From Nannocystis sp. (GTDB lineage: Bacteria; Myxococcota_A; Polyangia; Nannocystales; Nannocystaceae): a stretch of DNA of 64,000 nucleotides. This document shows, piece by piece, positions 1 through 9,365 of this stretch. The stretch is taken from assembly GCF_016717175.1 (NCBI RefSeq), contig NZ_JADKFZ010000004.1; one strand, 5' to 3'. Each line of letters opens with the position of its first letter. The first letter of the stretch is position 1. The position numbers were made by a program, and so were the translations under genes. The notes under the pieces are model-generated. The model was not told the origin of the DNA, made no database searches, and worked only from the letters and a program-made list of their open reading frames with translations.

Positions 1-246
1 CACCAGCGGCCATAGAGCGCCTCGCGGGTGAGGCCGGGTTTGGCGGCCGTCTCGACGATCTGGTCCATCACGCGGGTGAAGGTGAAGCCGGCGAGCAGGG
101 CCTCATCGGTGACGGCGAGCGAGCGGCGCGGGTCGAGGTCGAAGGTGTCGCCGCAGACCTGCGCGGAGGGATCGGGGGTGGTGAAATCTGAGGGGCCGGC
201 GGGGACCGGTTTGGGGACCGCGATCGGATCTGTCCTTGCGGACATG
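1..246 (-). CDS. hypothetical protein, partial (N-terminal part only; gene runs off the window start)
   Basis: Minus-strand ATG at 244-246 lies inside the palindrome GGACATGTCC. The downstream translation (MSARTDPIAVPKPVPAGPSDFTTPDPSAQVCGDTFDLDPRRSLAVTDEALLAGFTFTRVMDQIVETAAKPG...) is non-repetitive with GC3-rich codon use. It is absent from the ORF track only because there is no stop inside the window. Confidence 0.35.
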
Positions 247-460
247 TCCTCGGGGTCACACGCGGACAGGGCCAGGATCGCGGGGGCGCACGAGGCTAAA
301 ATTAGGGTGAGCCGGAGCGGAGCTGCGTACACGGGGCCAGGATAACCAAGCGCCTAAGTCTCCGCCAGCGCGGGGATTGCCGGGATCGGGGCGCGCCCTG
401 GAGGCAGCGCGGAGGGACGTGGCCGCGGGGGGCGATGCCGTCGCTGTGCGAGCCCGTGGG

Positions 461-1516
461 TCAGCGGGGCTGCTTGCGGGCGGTGCGGGCGGCGAGGCGG
501 GTCTTGACGCGCTCGGCCTTGGCCTCCTCGGCGGCGAGGAGCTCGGCCTCGTCGCTGGCCTGGGCGGCCTCGAACTCGTTCCACAGGCCGGTGAGGAGCT
601 GGTCCTGATCGGTCCACGGGGTGCCGTCGAGGCCCTTGTCGGGCTCGACGCCCAGCATCTTGAGGGTGACGGCCTGGTCGGGGTTGAGGCCGACCTTCTG
701 GGCCCGGCCGCGGAAGAAGCGCTTCATCGTGGCGGCGGTCTCCTCGTACTTGCTGGGGCACAGCTTGCCGCCGCTGACGGCGCGGTGGACGGTCTCCCAC
801 GTGGCCTTGGTGGTGTAGTTGAAGGGCTTGCCCTGCTCGTCCTTGCAGACGATGTTGCCGCCGGCCTTGCGGATCATGCGGGCGGCGGCGCGGCGGTAGA
901 CGAGCACGTCGACGATCGCGTCGCAGAGGATGCGGGGGTCGGCGGTCTTGTCCCAGACCAGGGTGAAGTAGTTGGAGTTCATCCCGAACAGGCCGTAGGT
1001 CTGCCACACCGATGGGTCGGCGGCGTGGGGGTTGCCCTCGTAGGTCTTCTGCATCTTGCGCCACGCGGAGTAGCTGCCCTCGAGGTCGGGCGAGAGGCGG
1101 TGCACGAGGCCCTGCTGCAGGCTCGACTCGCGGGCGGCGACCAGCTGGAGCAGCTTGTGGAACTCGTCGCTGGCCTTGAGCCGCTTGGCGACGTGGGCGA
1201 TGACGCGGTGGGTCCGGACCTGCTCGGTGCGGGTGAGCTTGGGGCGCTTGTCGTTGACGCCGTGGACGCAGGCGCGGGGCAGCAGGCCCTGCACGGCGGC
1301 GCGGTCGTCGATGAAGCTGCCTTCAGGATCGCGGTCGACGCGGACCGGCATCAGAGGCGCCGGAGCGCTGATGGCGTCGTCGAGGTTGTCGGCGGCGATG
1401 TGCCGACCGGGCAGCGTCCCATCCGCTTCATCCATCTTCGCACTGGCTCCATCGTCGAAGACATCGGTCAAGAAGCCGATGCAGTAGGCCAGGGCTGTCA
1501 GTTGCACCAATCGCAT
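461..1516 (-). CDS. secreted protein, possibly with a lytic transglycosylase (SLT-like) domain
   Basis: 351-aa ORF with an N-terminal signal peptide (MRLVQLTALAYCIGFL). The ARESSLQQG...YGLFGMNSNYF segment resembles the ES...GLMQ catalytic motifs of SLT domains. Composition is non-repetitive. Confidence 0.5.
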   Translation of the reverse strand: MRLVQLTALAYCIGFLTDVFDDGASAKMDEADGTLPGRHIAADNLDDAISAPAPLMPVRVDRDPEGSFIDDRAAVQGLLPRACVHGVNDKRPKLTRTEQVRTHRVIAHVAKRLKASDEFHKLLQLVAARESSLQQGLVHRLSPDLEGSYSAWRKMQKTYEGNPHAADPSVWQTYGLFGMNSNYFTLVWDKTADPRILCDAIVDVLVYRRAAARMIRKAGGNIVCKDEQGKPFNYTTKATWETVHRAVSGGKLCPSKYEETAATMKRFFRGRAQKVGLNPDQAVTLKMLGVEPDKGLDGTPWTDQDQLLTGLWNEFEAAQASDEAELLAAEEAKAERVKTRLAARTARKQPR

Positions 1517-2087
1517 TCCGGCACTCTCCCTTCGGCGGCAACCGCCGACGTGTTCCAGGACACCAAGGAGAAACCGATCCAGTGTCTCCAGTCCATAGCC
1601 ACGCGAAATTTTTTGCCGATCGCGGAGGGTTTAGATGCGCCCGCAGGGGCCCAAAGACGCGCTTATGCGGGACATTCCCGCCCGGCTCGCGGGCCCTGTT
1701 TCACTGTCAGATTGTGTGTGCGCGCGGGCTCGATCGAATGTGCCAGCCACAAGTTGTGGACCGCGATCGCGGCGCGCTCGCAAGATGTAGTGGTGTCACT
1801 GCCAGCCCCCGCGCGAGCTCGAGAGTCGCGCGCACTGGCAGGGTCGATGTCGCTTGCGGCGTCGTCGCGCGGCGCGAAACGGCCGCGTGCACGCGTGCTC
1901 CGGCGCAGATCAAGCGGGGCGGGTGATCGACGCGGTGGGTCGGCGCGCCTGATCGCTACGCGCGGCGCGCTCGCGGCGCTCGGGCCGGCGCCGCGGCGCG
2001 CCGCAGATGTCCTTGTCGACATGTCCCAAGCGCCAGGCTGTGCGCGGCGTGGACGGTGAGCGAGGCTGGCCTTCGGGACAGCTTTGA

Positions 2088-3086
2088 TCACAGCTCGCGG
2101 AGGCCGCGGCGGCGCAGCAGCCACAGGAACAGCGGGGCGCCGAGCAGGCTGGTGAGCACGCCCGGCGGGAGGACGACGTTGGTGAAGGCGCGGGCGAGGG
2201 TGTCGACGAGGAGGACGAGCACGGCGCCGAGCAGGGCGGCGCGCGGCAGCAGGTGGCGGTGACCGGGGCCGCCCTGCATGCGCGCGAGGTGGGGGACCAG
2301 CAGGCCGACGAAGGCGATGACGCCGCTGATCGCCGTGGCGGCGCCGACCAGGAGGCCGACGGCGAGCACGGTGCGGCGGCGCAGGCGGACGAGGTCGACG
2401 CCGAGCGAGGCGGCGACGTCGTGGCCGAGGTGGAGGGTGTCGAGGTCGCGGCGCAGCCAGGCGGCGAGGGCGAGGCCGGCGGCGCAGGGCGGCAGGGCCC
2501 AGGCGAGGTGGATCCACGTGCGGCCCTCGAAGCTGCCGAGGCTCCACTGCATCACGCGCAGGCCGAGGTCCCAGCGCTGGGCGCCGAGGGCGAGGCAGAG
2601 GGTCGCGATCGCGGCGCAGAGGGTGCCGAGGGCGAAGCCGGAGAGCAGGAGGGTGGCGAGGCTGTGGTTGGCGCGGTGGAGGGCGAGGAGGATGACGAGG
2701 ACCAGGCCCGCGCCGGCGGCGGCGAGCAGCGGGGTGACCCACAGGCCGCTGGATTCGGCGCCGAGGAGGAAGCCGATGACGGCGGCGAGCATGGCCCCGG
2801 CGCTGACGCCGAGGACGCCGGGGTCGGCGAGCGGGTTGCGGAACAGGCCCTGGGTGAGGGCGCCGGCGCAGGCCAGGGCGGCGCCGACGAGCGCGGCGAG
2901 CAGGGCCCGGGGTAGGCGCAGCTGCCAGACGATCGCGTCGCGCAGCGGTGGGAGCGGGTCGCCGAGGCCGAGGTGGGCGAGCAGGCTGCGCAGGGCCTCG
3001 CCGAGGCCGACCTCGCCGGGACCTGTCCCGAGGGCCAGGAGCAGGGCGGCGGGGAGGAGCAGGGCGGTGAGGTGGCGCAGGCGCAT
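2088..3086 (-). CDS. btuC: ABC transporter permease, FecCD family (cobalamin/iron-siderophore type)
   Basis: 332 aa with multiple TM helices and FecCD/BtuC-like conserved blocks (GAALACAGALTQGLFRNPLADPGVLGVSAGA..., LVDTLAR...PPGVLTSLLGAPLFLWLL). It is the last gene of the riboswitch-controlled operon. The btuC name is inferred from the B12 riboswitch context. Confidence 0.8.
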   Translation of the reverse strand: MRLRHLTALLLPAALLLALGTGPGEVGLGEALRSLLAHLGLGDPLPPLRDAIVWQLRLPRALLAALVGAALACAGALTQGLFRNPLADPGVLGVSAGAMLAAVIGFLLGAESSGLWVTPLLAAAGAGLVLVILLALHRANHSLATLLLSGFALGTLCAAIATLCLALGAQRWDLGLRVMQWSLGSFEGRTWIHLAWALPPCAAGLALAAWLRRDLDTLHLGHDVAASLGVDLVRLRRRTVLAVGLLVGAATAISGVIAFVGLLVPHLARMQGGPGHRHLLPRAALLGAVLVLLVDTLARAFTNVVLPPGVLTSLLGAPLFLWLLRRRGLREL

Positions 3087-3120
<34 letters not shown>

Positions 3121-3139
3121 CGAGGCGGAGGTCAGCGGG

Positions 3140-4045
3140 TCAGCGGGCGAGGACGCGGGCCTGCAGGAGCTCGGCGCTGACGATCATACCCTCGCCGGTG
3201 CCGCCGAGGTCGCGGGCGGGGATGGCGATGATGCGGCCGTCGCGGGCGGCGCGGGTGGCCGCGATGCCGGGGCCGGCGGCGAAGCGGGCCTCGGCGGCGG
3301 GGCAGGCGGGGTCGTCGGCCTCGGCGGCGGGGCAGGCGATGACGATGACCTCGGGGTCCCAGGCGACGAGGCGCTCCATGGCCACAGGGACATGTCCCGA
3401 GAGACCTGCGCTTTCGGGCAGGTTGACGAGGCCCGCGGCGGCGGCGACGTCGGCGAAGGTCGTGGCGCCGGCGCTGGTGTGGCCGTCGCCCCAGGCGACC
3501 GCGGTGGGCGCGGGGTCGGGCCTGTGGGCGGCGAGGGCGGCGAGGCGGCGGTCGAGGTTGGCGATGCTGGCCTCGGCGGCGGGGCTGGCCTCGACGGCGG
3601 CGGCGAGCAGGCGGAGCTGACGGCGGTAGTCGGCGAAGCCGGTGAAGCTGTCGAGCTCGAGCAGGCGGACGCGGTGGGCGGTGAGGAGGGCCTTGATCTC
3701 GGGGGCGCTGAAGCTGGCGATGACGACGAGGTCGGGGTCGCGGGCGAGCAGGCCCTCGCTGGTGACGGCGAGGCGCGGGAGCTCGGGCGGCCACTGGCCG
3801 GCGACGCGGCTGTAGCGGGGGTCATCGGCCATGCTGCTGACGCCGACGACGCGGGCGCGGGCGGCCGGGCCGAGGCTCCACAGGATCTCGTCGCTCAGCA
3901 CGGTCTGCGAGACGACGCGGTGGGCCGGGCCGGTGCTGGGGGTCGGGGTCGGGGCGCAGGCGGCGAGCAGCAGCGCGGCGAGGAGCGGGGCGCGACGAGG
4001 CTGTCCTGAGGGACAGGTGATCTGGCCGGAGGGACAGGTGGTCAT
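3140..4045 (-). CDS. btuF: periplasmic substrate-binding lipoprotein of a cobalamin/siderophore ABC importer (PBP type 8, BtuF/FhuD-like)
   Basis: The C-terminal 300 aa of ORF 3140..5410 carry a lipoprotein signal (PLLAALLLAACAP) and BtuF-like blocks (VVGVSSMADDPRY..., PDLVVIASFSAPEIKALLTA..., RIIAIPARDLGG). ATG at 4043-4045. Confidence 0.75.
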   Translation of the reverse strand: MTTCPSGQITCPSGQPRRAPLLAALLLAACAPTPTPSTGPAHRVVSQTVLSDEILWSLGPAARARVVGVSSMADDPRYSRVAGQWPPELPRLAVTSEGLLARDPDLVVIASFSAPEIKALLTAHRVRLLELDSFTGFADYRRQLRLLAAAVEASPAAEASIANLDRRLAALAAHRPDPAPTAVAWGDGHTSAGATTFADVAAAAGLVNLPESAGLSGHVPVAMERLVAWDPEVIVIACPAAEADDPACPAAEARFAAGPGIAATRAARDGRIIAIPARDLGGTGEGMIVSAELLQARVLAR

Positions 4046-5281
4046 GGGAGCGGGGTGGCGGCGTAGGGGGCCAGGCCGGTGGCGGCGGCGGTGTGGGCGA
4101 GGCCGGGGGGGGCCGGCGAAGCGCGGGGTCGGCGGGTCGGCGCGCAGGTCCCACGCGCGCATGCCGGCGGCGGTGGGGGTGACGTCGCCGAACCATAGCG
4201 TGTCGCCGACGATCTCGAGGGTGGGGCCGACCGACTGGAGGCCGCGGGCGACCTCGACGATCGGCGCGTCGTCGTCGAGGCTGGCGCGCAGGAGCAGCAC
4301 CTGGGACAGGTCGGCGCTGTAGCTGGCGATGTAGGCGTGGCGGTGCTCGGCGTCGAGGTCGAAGGCCTGGGGCAGCTGGTAGTCGGCGAGGCCGATCGCG
4401 GCGAGTCGGGCGGGGTCGACGGCCCAGGTGGAGGTGCGCTGGGCCAGGTCGACGCGCTCGAGGCCGGTGGTGAGGATCAGGACGCTGTGGCCGGTGGGGT
4501 CGGCGGGGTCGGGGCGCCACTGCCGGGCCCACAGGCCGAGCAGGGGCATGGCTTGCACGCCGGGGCTCGCGGGATCGAGGTCGTGGAGGCGGCGGCTCGG
4601 GAGGTCGATCGGGGCGAGGTGGTCGCGGGTGTCGGTGGGCGCGAGCAGCTGGTTCTGGTCGAGGCGCTGGACGCTGACGAAGAGCGTGTCGCCGCAGCGG
4701 ATCGCCAGGTGGGCCTCGGGGTTGCCGTCGGCGTCGGCGAGCGGTGCGAGGTCGATGTGGCCGGCGAGGCTCGGGCGGGCGGGGTCGGCGATGTCGACGA
4801 TCTGCACGCGCGGGGCGCCGAACAGGGTGACGTGGGCGAGGTCGCCGACGACGGTGACCGCGTGCGGGTTGCTGCTCTGGACGCCGGGGACGGCGAGGCT
4901 CTGCTGGCCGAGCAGGGCGAGGCTGTCGGGCGCGAGCAGGTCGAGGGCGTCGAAGGTGTAGCGGTGGAGGACGATCAGGCGGCCGTCGCTGAAGACGGGG
5001 AGCGAGTCGGTGGTGGTGAGGGCGAGGTCCTTGTGGACCTCGCCGGTGGCGAGGTCGAGGATGCTGAGCGCGCCGGTGCTGAAGTCGGTGGTGGTGATGG
5101 CGAGGCGGGTCGGGTCGCTGAGCTCGCCGACGCAGGCCTCGTCGAGCTCGGGTGGGCCCGCGAGCGGGGGGGCGGCCCCGGTGTCGCCGGTGTCGCTGGC
5201 GGCGGAGCTGGCGTCGTCGTCGGGTGGGGCGCAGGCCAACACGAGGCTGGCCGCGAGGACAGGTGCGAGGGGGCGGCGCAT
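4046..5281 (-). CDS. surface/periplasmic lipoprotein, beta-propeller-like, paralog 1. C-terminus uncertain: it reads through into btuF with no stop.
   Basis: Signal peptide plus lipobox (MRRPLAPVLAASLVLACAPP). About 45% identical to the next gene: ALLGLWARQWRPDPADPTGHSVLILTTGLERVDLAQRTSTWAVDP versus ALLGPWPKQARLDPADPSGHTILVLTSGIERVDLAHGTSSWAVDP. The last ~30 codons are Pro/Arg-rich, which looks like out-of-frame sequence. Confidence 0.55.
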
Positions 5282-5283
5282 GG

Positions 5284-6567
5284 TCAGGGGATCGCGAGCA
5301 GGAGGTAGGGGTCGCCGGGGGTGGCGATCGGGTCGGTCTCGACCGGGGGATCCTCGCTGAGATCGAAGCTGCGCAGGCGAGGGGTGCCTGGGGCGGCGTC
5401 GCCGACCCACAGGAGCTCGCCGACGCGCTCGATCGCCTTGTCGCGGGCGGTGAGGCCGGGGATCAGCTTGTGCGCGCTCGGGGCTTGCTCGCCCAGGCGG
5501 ACGCGGAAGACGGCGGCGGCCGGGTAGTCGCCGTCGGTGGCGAGGAGGTCGATGCTGGTGGCGTCGGCGGCGACGCTGAAGCCGATCGGATCGAAGCCAT
5601 CGACGCCGGCGGCGGCGAGCACCGTGGGGTCGACCGCCCAGCTGGATGTCCCATGGGCCAGGTCGACGCGCTCGATGCCGGAGGTGAGGACGAGGATGGT
5701 GTGGCCGCTCGGGTCAGCGGGGTCGAGGCGGGCCTGCTTGGGCCAGGGGCCGAGGAGGGCGATCGCCTGCTCACCGGGGGTGCTCGGGTCGACGTCGATC
5801 GGCTCGCCGGTGCCGAGGTTCATGGCGACGAGGTAGCTGAGGTCGACGGGGTTGAAGTTGACGAGGCGCTGGACGCCGACGAACAGGGCCTCGCCGCAGG
5901 TGAAGGCGAGGCCGGGCTCGGGGCTGCCGTCGCGGTCGGCGAAGTCGATCAGGCTAAGGGCGTCGACCTTGGCCTCGGCGGCCGGGAGGTCGAGGTCGTA
6001 GACGGGGAGCTGCGCGCTGGCGAAGGCGGTGAGGTGGGCGCGGCCGTCGGGGCCGAAGGCGAGGGCCTGCGGGTTGGGGTCGGCGACGCCGTCGACGCTG
6101 ACCATGAGCGTGGGCTTGGCGGCCCAGGTGTCGCCGTCGAGGATGTCGAGGCTGTTGAAGCCGAAGCGGCCGATGATGACCAGCTTGCCGTCGCCCCACG
6201 CGAGCGCGGAGTCGGCGGGGGCGGGCGCGATGTCGGGGGTGAGCTTGTTGCTGGCGAGGTCGAGGACGTGGACGCTGGCGGGGTCCATGAGGTTGTTGGT
6301 GAGGATCGCCAGGCGGGTCGCGGTGGTCGGGCCGAGCGCGCAGGGGGCGTCGAGCTCGATGACGGGGGCCGGGTCGCCGGTGGTGGCGGTGTCGGTCGTG
6401 GCGTCGGTGCTCGTCGGTGCGGTGGTGGGCGCGCTGGTCTGGCTGGTTTCACCTGTGCTTTCGGACATGTCTGTTGTGCCAGCTTCGGCGCTGTCGCCGG
6501 TGCCGTGACCGGTGTTGGTGTGGCAGGCGGAGAGGAGGAGGAGGACGGGGAGGGTGGGGCGGAGCAT
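5284..6567 (-). CDS. surface/periplasmic lipoprotein, beta-propeller-like, paralog 2
   Basis: 427 aa with a lipoprotein signal (MLRPTLPVLLLLSACHT). After a Thr/Ser-rich linker come repeated ~45-aa blades consistent with a beta-propeller. The stop lies 3 nt before the paralog-1 start, so it is an operon member. Confidence 0.7.
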   Translation of the reverse strand: MLRPTLPVLLLLSACHTNTGHGTGDSAEAGTTDMSESTGETSQTSAPTTAPTSTDATTDTATTGDPAPVIELDAPCALGPTTATRLAILTNNLMDPASVHVLDLASNKLTPDIAPAPADSALAWGDGKLVIIGRFGFNSLDILDGDTWAAKPTLMVSVDGVADPNPQALAFGPDGRAHLTAFASAQLPVYDLDLPAAEAKVDALSLIDFADRDGSPEPGLAFTCGEALFVGVQRLVNFNPVDLSYLVAMNLGTGEPIDVDPSTPGEQAIALLGPWPKQARLDPADPSGHTILVLTSGIERVDLAHGTSSWAVDPTVLAAAGVDGFDPIGFSVAADATSIDLLATDGDYPAAAVFRVRLGEQAPSAHKLIPGLTARDKAIERVGELLWVGDAAPGTPRLRSFDLSEDPPVETDPIATPGDPYLLLAIP

Positions 6568-6570
6568 GGA

Positions 6571-8807
6571 TCAGGTCTCGTGGCGGGCCGGGGCGTCGAG
6601 CTCGACGCGGAGGGTGGTCCACAGGCTGGTGCCGGGGAGCGGGTAGAAGAAGAAGTCGGAGACGGGGACGGTGATCGCGGGGGCGCCGGCGATCGGCGGG
6701 CGCCAGGTGGTGGTGCGGAGGTTGAAGAGGTTGCGCACCTCGGCGGCGAGGTGGACGCGGCGGGCGAGGTGCAGCTCGACGGCGAGGCCGTGGAGGGCGC
6801 GGCTCGGGACCTCGTAGCGGCCGCTCGGGTCGAGGAAGGTGCGGGCTGCGTAGTCGAAGCTGTAGACCAGGCGCGGCTCGAGATCGGTGCGCCTGGCCTT
6901 GAAGACATGTCCGAAAGAACCTTGCGCGAACAGCTCGTGGCGCGGGCGACCGGGCAGGGGCTGGCCGCGCTGGGAGGGGTCGTCGCCGAGGTTGACGGGG
7001 GCGAGCAGGGTGTAGTTGGCGGACAGGCGGATGTCGCCGCGGAGCAGGCGGAGCGCGGCGCTGGTCTCGAAGCCGGAGACGCGGGCGCGGGCGACGTTCA
7101 CGGGGCGCAGGCTGGGACCGGCCTGCTGCCACTGGATCAGGCGGTCGCTCCACGTGACGAAGCCAGCGGCGTGGGCGTAGAGGGATGTGCGGGCGCGGGT
7201 GAGGTCGAGGATGAAGCCGCCGTCGAGGCTGCTGCCGCGCTCGGGTCGCAGGCCCTCGTTGCCGACGATGTAGCCGCGGTCGCCGAACAGCTCGAGCAGG
7301 CTCGGGGGACGGAAGTAGCGGCCGCCGGCGAGGCGGAGGGAGAGGCCGTGGACGAGGCCGAGGCGGGCGGCGAGGCGCGGGCTGGCGCCGAGCTCGAGGT
7401 GGTCGGCGCCCTGGTCGTTCTGCTCGCCGCTGCCGGCGGGGACGGCGAAGCGGCTGCGGAGGACGTCGAGGCGGACGATCGGCTGGAGGTGGAGACGATC
7501 GCCGGCGAGGTGTTGATCGAGCTGGAGGCCGAGGCCGAGGTTGACGCGCTGGCGGTTGCTGTCGCCCTGGGGCGGCGTGAGCAGGCGCTGGTCGACGCGG
7601 CTCCACTCCTGGCGGGCGTCGGCCATGGCGAGCAGCTGGGCGCCGCGCCACAGATCGAGGGTGAGGCGCGGCGAGAGGTAGAGGTCGAGGTTCCGGGTGC
7701 GCTGGTCGTCGATGCCGAGGCCGACCTCGCCGAGCGGGTCGCGGTAGCGGGTGCGCTCGACGGCGAAGCCGGCGACCAGGTCGATGTGGCCGGGGCGACC
7801 GCCGTCGTCGCCGAGCTCGCGGCGCACCCGGGCGACGCTGCGGGCGACCAGAGTGTCCAGCCTGGTGGCACGCGCCTGCTGGCCGGTGGCGAGGCCGGGG
7901 ATGCCCTGGTGCTTGTTGAGGAGCAGCTCCTGGACGCTGTAGCGCCACGCGCCGGCGCGGCCGTGGACGGCGAGCTGGGCGAGCAGGCGGTCGTAGTCGT
8001 TGTTCTGGCGCCGCTCGTTGCGGTCGTCGCGGGGGTCTTGCAGGGTCTCGCCGAGGTTGTGGAAGCGGAAGTCGCCGGTGGCGCCGGCGTGGCCGATGCG
8101 GAGGTCGAGGCAGGGGCCGCGGCGGCGCGGGGCGAGCGGGAGGGAGGTGCTGGCGCGGGCCTCGCTAGCGCCGAAGGAGCCGAGGCCGAGGACGGCGCCG
8201 AAGCGGCGGCGGGTCGGGTCGCAGCGCAGGTCGCTGCCTAGATCGAGGGCGCCGCCGATCGCCGCGCCGCCGTACGCGACCGGGACCAGGCCGCGGTGGA
8301 TCGTGACGCGGCCGAGGCTGTCGAGCGGGAGGTCGCCGAGGTTGACGACCCCGCCGCTGCCGCCGATCGGGACGCCGTCGAGGAAGACCGACACCTGCTG
8401 GGCTGAGGAGCCGCGCAGCGAGAGGGCGGAGAACTGGCCGAGGCCGCCGAGTGAGCGCACGGTGGCGCCGGCGCTGCGACCGAGCAGCTCGGGCAGGCCG
8501 TCGGCCGGGCGGGCGCCGGTGGGGTTGGCGAGCTCGATGCTGGTGGCGAAGCCGGGGCTGGCGGCGTCCTGCCGGCGCTGGGCGTCGAGGCCGTCGCCGC
8601 GGCCGTGGGCGACGACGGTGCGGTAGGGCGGGCTGGTCTTTGGGACAGGCTGGTCTTTGGGACAGCGGGGCTGGTCTTTGGGACAGCGGGGCTGGTCTTT
8701 GGGACAGGTGGCGCGAGGGCGCGGAGCTCGCGGGTGGTCAGCAGGGCGGCCGCGCAGGCGCACGCAGGCGCGAGGCGCACGCAGGCGACACGTATCGCGA
8801 GCCGCAC
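6571..8807 (-). CDS. btuB: TonB-dependent outer-membrane receptor (BtuB-like), reading frame interrupted inside an N-terminal tandem repeat
   Basis: The plug domain (DGVPIGGSGGVVNLGDLPLDSLGRVTIHRGLVPVAYGG) and barrel are in the frame of ORF 6571..8895. The signal peptide (MRLAIRVACVRLAPACACAAALL) and three VPKTSPA repeats are in the frame of ORF 8238..8807. The two frames meet inside the 21-nt repeat array, where one unit spacing is 17 nt. The gene is downstream of a cobalamin riboswitch. Confidence 0.8.
8633..8707. repeat. tandem array, 4 x CTGGTCTTTGGGACAG core (spacings 17, 21, 21 nt) inside the btuB 5' coding region
   Basis: Direct reading of the sequence: ggctggtctttgggacag / gctggtctttgggacagc / ggggctggtctttgggacagc / ggggctggtctttgggacag. 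It encodes VPKTSPA repeats and belongs to the dispersed CTGTCC/GGACAG motif family. Confidence 0.9.
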
Positions 8808-8949
8808 GTAGGCGACGCGAATGAAGCTGCGGCGCCCGTGGGCGCGCGAGGGCGTGGGGGTCGTGGGGACGATGGCGAGTGAACTCCCGTCTCACCGAGG
8901 TCGTCCGCGCCGGTGGGCGCAGGGACCTGCCGCCTTGTCAGGGCGGGGG

Positions 8950-9110
8950 AGCGCAGGGCAGGTCTCCTGGCTAAAGGGTCATCCTCGATCGACGCCTTCC
9001 CACGGTCCTGCGGGTGCAGGAGCTCGCAGTGGCTGCGTGTCGATCTCGTCGCCTCTCACAGTGGCGGGAGCCGCGTCGGTGTTGCACCGACTTCCCTCTT
9101 TCGCGTCCTG
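8950..9110 (-). ncRNA. cobalamin (AdoCbl) riboswitch in the btuB leader
   Basis: The minus-strand read gives ...aGGGAAgtcGGTGcAAcaCCgacgcggctCCCGCCACTGTgag...GGGAAGG...AGCCAGGAGACCTGCC. This matches the conserved cobalamin-riboswitch core (GGGAA..GGTG.AA..CC...CCCGCCACTG) and shows a perfect B12-box (AGCCAGGAGACCTGCC) at 8958-8973. It sits ~150 nt upstream of the btuB start. Confidence 0.85.
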
Positions 9111-9365
9111 GGCCCTGGGCCCGGGACGACCGTGCGCTCGAGTCTGTTTGTCAGGGAACGGCGCACTTGTCGCTCGCAAGCGCGCGCTTGTCAACGACGC
9201 ACGCGCGGACTTGCTGGGATTCTCACGCGCGCATGCGTACGGGGACGGAGAAACGTGCTGGCTGGCCCGTGGGAGCCGACATTAGTGGCATTTCGAGTGA
9301 GGATCGGACCCGGGTCGGACCTGTGGCGGGTTGCAATACCCACAAAACAAAAATAAGGTCAGTAG

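Noticed and set aside
1520-2087. A ~570-bp gap containing ORF 1582..1926 (114 aa) and two copies of the GGGACAG motif. It was considered as a possible small gene or a Fur/sigma-54 promoter (cggcac-N5-cttcg at ~1520).
   Set aside because: The ORF product is Cys/Arg-rich and has unconvincing codon usage. The sigma-54-like match is weak and lies on the wrong strand relative to the flanking gene starts. The region is left as unannotated intergenic.
3392-4009. Plus-strand ORF starting at the GGGACATGTCCC palindrome (MSRETCAFGQ...).
   Set aside because: It is antisense to btuF and its product is Gly-rich low-complexity. The ATG is simply the one contained in the palindrome.
3140-5410. The N-terminal 43 codons of ORF 3140..5410 (MGRRRRPRHPSPAQ...), considered as the start of lipoprotein paralog 1.
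   Set aside because: It is a basic low-complexity extension. A canonical lipoprotein signal peptide (MRRPLAPVLAASLVLAC) starts at 5281, 3 nt after the upstream gene's stop.
9290-9330. Palindrome GACCCGGGTC upstream of the metzincin gene, considered as a regulator site.
   Set aside because: It is a single 10-bp GC palindrome, which is expected by chance in this composition. There is no second copy and no supporting context.
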